In this document: one piece after another, positions 19,342 to 26,574 of the stretch
Layout: each line of letters begins with the position of its first letter
Position numbering within the stretch: position 1 is the first letter of the stretch
Source: a virus
Length of the DNA stretch: 64,000 nt
IMG/VR virus record: IMGVR_UViG_3300022902_000004
Span: 126,268 to 190,267 of that record
Direction: 5' to 3' (one strand)
Made by a program: the position numbers and the translations under genes
Notes under the pieces: model-generated
Told to the model about the DNA's origin: nothing
What the model saw: the letters and a program-made list of their open reading frames with translations, nothing else
The model's database searches: none

Positions 19342-19731
19342 ATGAAACACAAAACAAAACATAAGATAATCACGCCGGCGGATCTTCCTGATTACGAAGA
19401 AATGGGTGAACTGTACACTGATATGAATGACTTCCTGGGCAAAACACCGATGCTGGGGACACATATCATGCAATCTGAGTTGCCGTCCTGTCTTGTTTTT
19501 TATGTTGCTGGTGATTCCGTGCAAAGTGTTGCCGTAAGCGTTTCATCGCACAAAGACGAAATGCTATCGCTTGAAGAGCTTGTTGAAAGACAGAACGATG
19601 ATGATTTTTACGTTGTGTATAAAAACAGGGTTCCTAGCGCAACGTTCAGCCCGCGTGGTGCCCCGATCGTGGATCCAAGTAAATGTTATCGATTCAAGAA
19701 AGTCCCTGTCTACAGAGACTTTAGCATTTAG
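19342..19731 (+). CDS. hypothetical protein, plus-strand
   Basis: Starts MKHKTKHKIITPADL. SD GAGGAA 9 nt upstream. TATACT -10-like element upstream. Converges on and overlaps the ParB-like gene by 11 nt. Confidence 0.35.
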   Translation: MKHKTKHKIITPADLPDYEEMGELYTDMNDFLGKTPMLGTHIMQSELPSCLVFYVAGDSVQSVAVSVSSHKDEMLSLEELVERQNDDDFYVVYKNRVPSATFSPRGAPIVDPSKCYRFKKVPVYRDFSI

Positions 19732-20692
19732 CCAATTGGCACCAACGCTCTGTCAATAGATTCCCATCACGCTCAGCAGATTCTTTCTGTGGGCTTAATG
19801 GGCTTTTGATATTGATTTCAGCGTTCTGCAGCTTGTCATAAATCGCTGCCTTTCCAGCTTTACCGCCAATTGATTTGTCGTCAAGTTGGGGCATATCCTC
19901 TCGGGCGGGCGCTTTCGTGTTGCTTGGCACAGTTGCCAGGTTTGCCGAAATCTTCTTGATGATTTTCACGATCACTTCTTTAGGATCAGCACCTGGTTTG
20001 AAGCCTGCCCATTTTGCAATGGTCTTATCTTTTGATGAGTTCGAAACCATTTCATCGTTTAGCATTGGGCCGGGGGCTCGACGGTCTACCTGGCGTCCCA
20101 CATTTGCTGCCATCATCTTTTCAATTTCGCTCGATGACTTGCCCAGAATGTTGTTTGCGATCTTTCCTGATGCTGTTGGCATATCCTGGTTTGGATCTTT
20201 GTGTGCTGCGATGGCAAGTTGAGCTGCGGCGAGTTTCTGGGTTGTGTCTCCAGGAAGCTCTAAATCTTCGGCGCTGATTACACCATCCGGTCCACTGATT
20301 GCCCATACACCTGACCATCTATGGTGCCCATCGATCACATCATCGCCTGATACGGTAATTGAGCCGGGAGCGTCTGTTGTGTTTGAGGAGATTGCTTTTG
20401 CAAGAGCCTTTGCACTTCCCAATGGAAACGCCGCCGACTTCATCATGTCAATTTCTTTCTGTGTAGGTTTGAAATCCCGAATTTGTCTCATTGCTGGTTT
20501 TGACACTTTCGTCGTGTCGTCCGCTTTGACATTGTCGTGAGTGCCATGAAGGGCAGCCTTCAACTCATCCGGGTCAGGATGGTTGTCTACGAACGATCGT
20601 ACTGCACCGGGTCCACCCTTGGCAGCCTTGGCAATATCGTCAGTCACATCCTCAAAAAGGACATCAACAAGTTTTGGATAACGATATGCCAT
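19721..20692 (-). CDS. ParB/Srx-like nuclease-domain protein (putative)
   Basis: Motif VIDGHHRW after FKPTQKEID resembles the ParB N-terminal nuclease fold core (DGHHR). Confidence 0.4.
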   Translation of the reverse strand: MAYRYPKLVDVLFEDVTDDIAKAAKGGPGAVRSFVDNHPDPDELKAALHGTHDNVKADDTTKVSKPAMRQIRDFKPTQKEIDMMKSAAFPLGSAKALAKAISSNTTDAPGSITVSGDDVIDGHHRWSGVWAISGPDGVISAEDLELPGDTTQKLAAAQLAIAAHKDPNQDMPTASGKIANNILGKSSSEIEKMMAANVGRQVDRRAPGPMLNDEMVSNSSKDKTIAKWAGFKPGADPKEVIVKIIKKISANLATVPSNTKAPAREDMPQLDDKSIGGKAGKAAIYDKLQNAEINIKSPLSPQKESAERDGNLLTERWCQLAKC

Positions 20693-21006
20693 TAGTAATG
20701 CGAGTACCGTTTTGTTTCAATTGCCCTTAGCTCCCTGGCAAGGGTAAGATAACCTAGCGTATCTGCTGGCCCCGCGACTACTTCTAGCAAGGCAAGTTCA
20801 GCGAATTCGCCACCCTCATCATCACCCAACTCATCAGCCGCATCGGCCATTACAATTTCAAGAAAATTCTCAACCTGATATTCAAGTGCAGATCGTGTTT
20901 CAATGGGGGTGTGCATGGCTAGCGCTCGTTTGCCGACGCGTCCTTCGCTCATTTTTGATTTTTCTTTACGGATTGCTTTCCGTAATTGGTTTTCTGTTAT
21001 TTTCAT
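20692..21006 (-). CDS. MKIT-tag family protein (putative internal protein)
   Basis: Family-conserved start MKITENQLRKAIRKE at 21006 (SD AGGAAAGGA). The ORF-track 5' extension is unsupported by family conservation. Confidence 0.55.
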   Translation of the reverse strand: MKITENQLRKAIRKEKSKMSEGRVGKRALAMHTPIETRSALEYQVENFLEIVMADAADELGDDEGGEFAELALLEVVAGPADTLGYLTLARELRAIETKRYSHY

Positions 21007-21080
21007 GATACCTGTGTCCTTTCCTGTACGCCCTAAACACGCCATTGGTAGGTTACCTAAGCGTAATGTAAAGAAGCTGC

Positions 21081-21320
21081 CTAGTATGCATCGTGTGATT
21101 GCTCGTATCCATCATCCCGAACTTGCTGCAGGGCGTATCTGAATTCTTCTTCTATGTCGGAATATGACAGACCGGTCGACAGTCCGCCCGTAATCAATGT
21201 TTTTAGATCTTCCGCAAAGAAGTTGCTTGTTTGAAAACGACCATCTGGACTTTTCATTTCTGCCAGTTTTGATTTTTCGTGGCGGATAACATTACGTAGC
21301 TGGTTTTCTGTAATCTTCAT
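21081..21320 (-). CDS. MKIT-tag family protein (putative internal protein)
   Basis: MKITENQLRNVIRHE. SD GGAG. Preceded by a member of the conserved promoter family (21373..21400). Confidence 0.6.
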   Translation of the reverse strand: MKITENQLRNVIRHEKSKLAEMKSPDGRFQTSNFFAEDLKTLITGGLSTGLSYSDIEEEFRYALQQVRDDGYEQSHDAY

Positions 21321-21372
21321 TCTGATGCTCCGTTACGATCATAAATATCATGTCGGGTCGCTTTATGAATAT

Positions 21373-21400
21373 ATTTTATCACACCAGCACGAAACTTACA
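21373..21400 (-). promoter_or_regulatory. sigma70-like promoter family member (TGTAAG-N16-TAAAAT)
   Basis: Coding-strand sequence CGTGTAAG TTTCGTGCTGGTGTGA TAAAAT. Overlaps the stop codon of the upstream gene. Precedes MKIT genes 21320..20692. Confidence 0.5.
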
Positions 21401-22085
21401 CGGGCCCAACTTTCTTTGCAGGAACAGTTTTTCCGCGCCACATGGTGCCGTAGGTTTTGTTGCGCCTGTTCGGTGGGATACGGTCGCCATAAGAGTTGCT
21501 TGCAGCCAGGAATGGGGTGTGAATATGCCTCACCACCGGCCCATCATAATTCTTGTATTGTGCCATCGATGCTTTATCAACAAGCACGATGTTGTTGAAC
21601 TCTTCGATGAATTGGCCAACCATGATGTCAAACCAAACAGTAAGCCCGTCCATGCGACTGAATTCTTCAGATTGAACTCGGTGCTCATAATCAGTCAGAG
21701 AGAATTTTGTCCTCAACCTTGATGTTTCTGCGCAGCCCACACCTTCTTCATATGGGGTCTCCATTGCTTTCCATTCAAAATCGACGCCGTCAAAAACTCG
21801 CCTGATAAGCGGAAACACATTTTGTTGGGCCAGGTTGAACGCTTCCTGATTCCACGTTCTTGGACACGAACGATGTCGGGAATGCATATCTTCAATTTCG
21901 CGCAGAATTAGTTTCGATTGATTCTCAAAAAGGATTGCGTAATTGAGAGCTTTTTCCTGAGACAGGTTGTCCAGGATTTGGGTGTGACTCCACTTACTGA
22001 TGAGATGCTGGTGATGCTGACTTAACACGGCGGGTGTCACAGTAACATCGTCATTGTTAGATTCATTTAGCATGTTAGCTGACAT
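21396..22085 (-). CDS. hypothetical protein
   Basis: 229-aa ORF between MKIT family clusters. Overlaps the next gene by 19 nt. Confidence 0.5.
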   Translation of the reverse strand: MSANMLNESNNDDVTVTPAVLSQHHQHLISKWSHTQILDNLSQEKALNYAILFENQSKLILREIEDMHSRHRSCPRTWNQEAFNLAQQNVFPLIRRVFDGVDFEWKAMETPYEEGVGCAETSRLRTKFSLTDYEHRVQSEEFSRMDGLTVWFDIMVGQFIEEFNNIVLVDKASMAQYKNYDGPVVRHIHTPFLAASNSYGDRIPPNRRNKTYGTMWRGKTVPAKKVGPV

Positions 22086-22492
22086 TTTATTCCTGGGTCG
22101 ACATCGTATTTCCCGATCGGGGTTTTGAGCTGCGTATGAAGATCTGCAAGCGTCTTGTTTGCAAGTGCTTCACCATATGCCGACGCGACCTCTCCTATCG
22201 GTAATGTGCCTGCTTTCGTTAGCTTTAGTCCGGGTGGTCCACCGACAGATGAGCAAACCACGCGCTCATCTTTGAATGGGTATGGCATTGGGTCGATTAC
22301 TTTTCTTGCTGGTTGCCATGGTGGGTAATCGACTTTGGGCTCCCCTTTGAGCTCCTCCATTGTCGGTGTTACCTTTGTCAAGACCAACGCTAGGTGTGCC
22401 TTTATCATTCGTACCTGTTCTGGTTTTACGTCGTCCGTATCAGAGATTTCAAAGAATCCCTGGAGCCAGTATGCAAAATCTCTTGCTGTCAT
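22067..22492 (-). CDS. hypothetical protein
   Basis: 141-aa ORF on the dominant strand. Confidence 0.45.
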   Translation of the reverse strand: MTARDFAYWLQGFFEISDTDDVKPEQVRMIKAHLALVLTKVTPTMEELKGEPKVDYPPWQPARKVIDPMPYPFKDERVVCSSVGGPPGLKLTKAGTLPIGEVASAYGEALANKTLADLHTQLKTPIGKYDVDPGIKCQLTC

Positions 22493-22504
22493 TTCGTTCT
22501 CCTG

Positions 22505-22780
22505 TTATAGTCTTGGTTCGATTTGTTCTGCTGCCAATAACTCTACGGCTGTGTCGGCAAACTCAGCGAACCAAAGAACCTGATCCCAGCATTTTCGATG
22601 TACATCAGCCCGAAAGAATGCGATTGGTTTCAAAATGCTGGGTGAATGCTCAGCAATGATGATATTTGGTGTAATGTCAATATACGCCGCGAACTTTGTT
22701 GCATTGGTTAGGGGCTGGTACGATGCTACTTTGCGTACGATGTGAAAAGGAGCCAGGGCGAATTTTGTTAGGCGGTTCAT
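22505..22780 (-). CDS. hypothetical protein
   Basis: 91-aa ORF filling what would otherwise be a 284-nt gap. ATGA-type overlap with the upstream gene. Confidence 0.3.
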   Translation of the reverse strand: MNRLTKFALAPFHIVRKVASYQPLTNATKFAAYIDITPNIIIAEHSPSILKPIAFFRADVHRKCWDQVLWFAEFADTAVELLAAEQIEPRL

Positions 22781-23466
22781 TCGTCGTCCTCGTCAATGTA
22801 CTCTATTTTGTTCATCCCGAGACGTTCCATCATGCTGTCTATAAGTTCGTCGGCACCCTCTTCGATTGGAATCGCTGGGATGTGAAATTCTTGATATAAA
22901 AGGCTGTGAAATTCTTGATGCGTTTTGCATTCGGTGTATGGTTTTAAGTCTTTTCTTTCTATAACAACGCCGGGTGCATTGAGCCTACAATATTTTGTGG
23001 CTTCGTACGCTTCATCGCTTGTCGCATAACCCGCACCTAAAATATGACCAAACTCCCAAACGGCTGCGCGCAAATCCCACTCTGGATTCATTTCCCAGCG
23101 AGGCATGTCTCGTGAAACAACGAAAAAATTGCCTGTGGATGCGGCCGCATCTTGGTACGATATTTCGCTAGCATATACTTCTGCGCGTGTCTTGGACATA
23201 TCGCATTGAGAAGGCCAGGAATGACCCACCGGCCAGTGATTATTGCCTCCGAAAGCTTTTGCGTATTGTGTGTTCCATTCTTTGACGCACTCGTCGGCAC
23301 CACCACCGTGGTCCAAAGCGCCTTGGATAAACCCTTCCAAATTCATATTGCGGATTTCTTCAGCGATTGCTTTGACATTGCTAATCACCGGGCGTAACTT
23401 CGTCGAGAACGCAATATCCGTACCTACAACGCGAAGCGTCAACAAAAACATGGGCTTACTCATCAC
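22777..23466 (-). CDS. hypothetical protein with degenerate metzincin-like motif (WEFGHILGAGY)
   Basis: GTG-ATG start. -10 TATAAT and SD GGAGG upstream. Motif aligns to HEFGHxLGxxH with first and third His replaced. Confidence 0.45.
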   Translation of the reverse strand: MMSKPMFLLTLRVVGTDIAFSTKLRPVISNVKAIAEEIRNMNLEGFIQGALDHGGGADECVKEWNTQYAKAFGGNNHWPVGHSWPSQCDMSKTRAEVYASEISYQDAAASTGNFFVVSRDMPRWEMNPEWDLRAAVWEFGHILGAGYATSDEAYEATKYCRLNAPGVVIERKDLKPYTECKTHQEFHSLLYQEFHIPAIPIEEGADELIDSMMERLGMNKIEYIDEDDE

Positions 23467-23507
23467 AACCTCCGTTTAGAGATTATATGATGAATGAGCT
23501 GGATGTA

Positions 23508-23861
23508 TTATGTTACGAAATCTAAGTGGGTGTATTTCCTGGGTGCACGCTTATTTAGCATCCCCTTACCTGCGTTTGCTGCCATGAACTGAACGAATTC
23601 TTCTTTCGTTCCCGGGCTGTCATTGTGGCTAAAATCGATGTTCATTAAGCTTTCATCAGCGTAATCTTCTGATGGGAAACGGGCCGGCGGGGAAACCCTT
23701 ACATATGACTTGTATGGTTTGTAGCCCATCGTCTTCAAATCTTCCGGTGTCAGCGTTTCCATCCAGAGTTCACCAGACATAAACCTGAGCCAGGCCTCCG
23801 TTTTGTTTCCACCTAAGGATTCCCGAATGAGATGCCTGAGTTTGGATTCTGTGATTTTCAT
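23508..23861 (-). CDS. MKIT-tag family protein (putative internal protein)
   Basis: Family start MKITESKLRHLIRE at 23861. ATGA overlap with the upstream member. SD AGGA. Confidence 0.55.
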   Translation of the reverse strand: MKITESKLRHLIRESLGGNKTEAWLRFMSGELWMETLTPEDLKTMGYKPYKSYVRVSPPARFPSEDYADESLMNIDFSHNDSPGTKEEFVQFMAANAGKGMLNKRAPRKYTHLDFVT

Positions 23862-24100
23862 TCGTAATCCTGGTACACCGTGTTTTGGCTTTGTTGGCCG
23901 TCTCTTCGTCTGCCGGCCACAGATCGACGAACTGCTTGAATACATTTATCAACAATCGTCGCGGCCTGATAGTGTCCTGCTTCTTCTAGTTTCCATATTG
24001 CACTGCCGAGACTTTGTATCGCCTCACTAACTAGTCGAGCTTTTTCGTTTGAGGAGGTTTCTTTTACCAGCTTCCTGAGTTGAGATTCTGTGATTTTCAT
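23858..24100 (-). CDS. MKIT-tag family protein (putative internal protein)
   Basis: MKITESQLRKLVKE. SD AAGGTAGG. Translationally coupled (ATGA overlaps). Confidence 0.6.
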   Translation of the reverse strand: MKITESQLRKLVKETSSNEKARLVSEAIQSLGSAIWKLEEAGHYQAATIVDKCIQAVRRSVAGRRRDGQQSQNTVYQDYE

Positions 24101-24576
24101 TGATGCCTACCTTTGTATTTTCTTGTCGCTACAACCGGTTCTGCAAATGTAAGGACTGTCTCATACGTCGTTCTATTCCCAGAAAAGCGAGCCAATGACC
24201 AAGAATTGCCGGAGGAATCCGTCCATGTATGTTTCGATTTAGTCCAGTTTCCGGCGGGATGATGGTCATCCGAAGCACCTGAGTGTTTGAAACCTAACGC
24301 CTCCATCGCTTCCACCAGTTGCCAGTCAAAGAAATTCCGCAGTGTCTTCGACCATGAAACACGGGTCGCCATTCCAGGAACAGTGTCATCAACATCAGTC
24401 GATCGTCCGTTTCCTCCAGGGATTCCCGCTTTGATCGCAGCGAGCTGTTTTTCCGTTACTTCCAAACGCGTACGACTATTAAAACTGTCAGAAACAGTGA
24501 TGTACCTCTTTCGCGATGATTGCTCAGATAGCAGCTTCTTCACGACAATTTTTAGTTGTGATTCGGTGATTTTCAT
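24097..24576 (-). CDS. MKIT-tag family protein (putative internal protein, 159 aa)
   Basis: MKITESQLKIVVKKLLSE. SD AGGAAGG. Confidence 0.6.
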   Translation of the reverse strand: MKITESQLKIVVKKLLSEQSSRKRYITVSDSFNSRTRLEVTEKQLAAIKAGIPGGNGRSTDVDDTVPGMATRVSWSKTLRNFFDWQLVEAMEALGFKHSGASDDHHPAGNWTKSKHTWTDSSGNSWSLARFSGNRTTYETVLTFAEPVVATRKYKGRHQ

Positions 24577-24815
24577 TGTGACCTTCCTATCAGGGTCAGG
24601 GCAATCGCCCGAATGACAGGCAGCTTCCCAACTTGTTCACCGTGTGTCGCGAGCTCTTTCGCAATTGCTTGACAAAACTCTTTCTTTCCCAACAGGCTTT
24701 CGATGGCTTTTTGTTCGTCTGGGCCTAACTGATTGAATAGCTGTTCTGCCCGATCGGTTTTGCCTTCAGCTTGCTCTCGGATTAGTTTCCTGAGCTGTGT
24801 TTCTGTGATTTTCAT
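24573..24815 (-). CDS. MKIT-tag family protein (putative internal protein)
   Basis: MKITETQLRKLIRE. SD GGTGGAGAA. Confidence 0.6.
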   Translation of the reverse strand: MKITETQLRKLIREQAEGKTDRAEQLFNQLGPDEQKAIESLLGKKEFCQAIAKELATHGEQVGKLPVIRAIALTLIGRSQ

Positions 24816-25027
24816 TGGTTCTCCACCGCGGTGTCGATCGCACTACGAACAGCATCGGCTCCGATTTCATGACCGATGGAAGCCAGAATAACCTCGGCGC
24901 GCTTTAGGAACTCCAGTGCCCTGTCCATCTCATGATCCCAAGTGAAATCTGATGTTTCATTTTGGCCCCAGTCTGAGACGTGCGATTCTTTTATCAGTTT
25001 TCTGAGTTCTGATTCTGTGATTTTCAT
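24812..25027 (-). CDS. MKIT-tag family protein (putative internal protein)
   Basis: MKITESELRKLIKE. First gene after promoter 25083..25110. Confidence 0.6.
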   Translation of the reverse strand: MKITESELRKLIKESHVSDWGQNETSDFTWDHEMDRALEFLKRAEVILASIGHEIGADAVRSAIDTAVENQ

Positions 25028-25082
25028 TTGTGCCTCGTATATGTATCACTAAATATCTAATTGCACCCGAAATTACATAAAT

Positions 25083-25110
25083 ATTATACCACACATACAC
25101 GAATATTACA
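25083..25110 (-). promoter_or_regulatory. sigma70-like promoter (TGTAAT-N16-TATAAT with TGG extended -10), member of conserved family
   Basis: Coding-strand sequence ATGTAAT ATTCGTGTATGTGTGG TATAAT. Drives the coupled MKIT gene operon 25027..23508. Confidence 0.55.
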
Positions 25111-25112
25111 TG

Positions 25113-25149
25113 CCAAAGACGAAGGGCTCCCAGATTTCTCCAGGAGCCC
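25113..25149 (-). terminator. hairpin terminator after first MKIT-family gene
   Basis: Minus-strand RNA reads GAAGGGCUCC-loop12-GGAGCCCUUC followed by GUCUUUGG. Confidence 0.5.
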
Positions 25150-25180
25150 TTCAAACGTTTAGCTAACCGAAGCTAGCCAG

Positions 25181-25432
25181 TCACACAGACATTGGGTCAT
25201 CAAGATCGAGACCCTCAGCATTGTAGTCCATCCAGTACAAATCAGAATCGTCGGCCTCAGACTGAATGTAGTTCATTATCTCATCCTTGCTATGACCTGT
25301 TTCATGTTCCGCTTCGGCCCATGGGATTATGCCTGGTGATGGCGCGAGATTGTGGAGCGTTATCCAGAGATCACGACGCGAATGTTTTTGCTCTCTGATG
25401 AGTTTCCTGAGATTTGATTTTGTGATTTTCAT
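25181..25432 (-). CDS. MKIT-tag family protein (putative internal protein)
   Basis: MKITKSNLRKLIRE. Followed by a hairpin terminator. Confidence 0.6.
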   Translation of the reverse strand: MKITKSNLRKLIREQKHSRRDLWITLHNLAPSPGIIPWAEAEHETGHSKDEIMNYIQSEADDSDLYWMDYNAEGLDLDDPMSV

Positions 25433-25464
25433 TGATGTCCCCTATTGTATTTCTAATTATCTGC

Positions 25465-26460
25465 TTAGAATCGAATCACACAAAATTCCTTATCGTTCTG
25501 AAAGCTCCAATCGATTGCCGCTTGATATTTCAATGGGTCGTTGTCATTTTCCTGACCTTTGACTTCGTAAAGCATTGAACCTGAGAGTGATAGGAAGTCT
25601 GGGACATAGGTTCGCTCGACGCCGTTTGGGTCTTTGTATGGGATGCGGATGTCGTGTTTCTTGGTGACTGGCTCGCCCCGAGATACACATTCGTCCAGGA
25701 AACGGGACTCCCACCCGGAGTGCATGTATTCTTCTTGCTGTGTGAACGGGTTGAACTTCCACTCGGTCTTGAATGGCGCCTGCGGCCCGATGACGCCGTC
25801 CTCTAGCAACTGGATGGCACGTTCGCTGTATACTTTTTTCATTTCTGGATTGTTTTGCCACCAACGTTTTGATGCAACTGATTTCTTCTTCTTTACATCC
25901 TGCCTTGCGGCGGTTTTATGGCCGGCAAGTCTTTGCTTCTCACGGTACTCGTCAGTTCTTAGCACCTCAACCCTTTTATCATAATCCTCGTCCCACCTTT
26001 TTTGAGCCGCCTTACTGTAACGCTCTTTTTGCTCAGATGTTCTTACCTTTCCAAAGTTTGGACTGTCGGCTCCTCGTTTTCCATACATTCCATTATTTTT
26101 GCCTTTGTTACTGTGTCCACGAAGATATTCAGGAAACCCGCCCTTCGCCCATTTGAGTTTCGTATTGCAGCCGCACTTGCATACCGGCCAGATGTTGTTA
26201 TGTTCTGTACGAACTTGATATGCCGGCCATTCAATTTTATGCTCTTTTCTTACGTGACGAGCAAGAACATTGTTTGAATTTGCAACAAGCTCGTCGCAAA
26301 TCTTACACTTTATTGTGAACTCGACGACAGGTTTTGCATAAATCTCTTTTGCGATATCCTTATGCCAATAACCAACATGAGCACCGACGGATCTCGGCGT
26401 ATTTCTCAACATCTTGTCGCAGTACTTGCACTTTACTTTTTCTATTTGTTTTTCCATCAT
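25465..26460 (-). CDS. freestanding homing endonuclease-like protein (NUMOD3-like repeats + C-terminal PD-(D/E)xK nuclease motif)
   Basis: Probable start MMEKQIEKVKCKYC at 26460. NUMOD3-like MYGKRGADSPNFGKVRTSEQKERYSK. C-terminal YVPDF...YEVKG is PD-(D/E)xK-like. Inserted between MCP gene and MKIT cluster. Confidence 0.55.
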   Translation of the reverse strand: MMEKQIEKVKCKYCDKMLRNTPRSVGAHVGYWHKDIAKEIYAKPVVEFTIKCKICDELVANSNNVLARHVRKEHKIEWPAYQVRTEHNNIWPVCKCGCNTKLKWAKGGFPEYLRGHSNKGKNNGMYGKRGADSPNFGKVRTSEQKERYSKAAQKRWDEDYDKRVEVLRTDEYREKQRLAGHKTAARQDVKKKKSVASKRWWQNNPEMKKVYSERAIQLLEDGVIGPQAPFKTEWKFNPFTQQEEYMHSGWESRFLDECVSRGEPVTKKHDIRIPYKDPNGVERTYVPDFLSLSGSMLYEVKGQENDNDPLKYQAAIDWSFQNDKEFCVIRF

Positions 26461-26508
26461 ACAATAAATATATAGGAAATGAATGAATTGTATAGGAAAA
26501 AGATGGTT

Positions 26509-26546
26509 AAAAAGGAAAAGGCGCCCTTTGTGGGGGCGCCTTTCCA
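26509..26546 (-). terminator. intrinsic terminator downstream of major capsid gene (GC hairpin GGCGCCC/GGGCGCC + U-tract), palindromic and potentially bidirectional
   Basis: Minus-strand RNA reads GGCGCCCCCACAAAGGGCGCC UUUUCCUUUUU. Preceded by a second AU-rich 8-bp hairpin (26549..26568). Confidence 0.7.
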
Positions 26547-26574
26547 ATCATCTAGTGGTAACTAGATGGTCAAC

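Noticed and set aside
24957-25154. 65-aa minus-strand ORF in the intergenic region between MKIT genes
   Set aside because: It overlaps the terminator hairpin and the promoter. No SD. The reading frame is created by the regulatory sequence itself.
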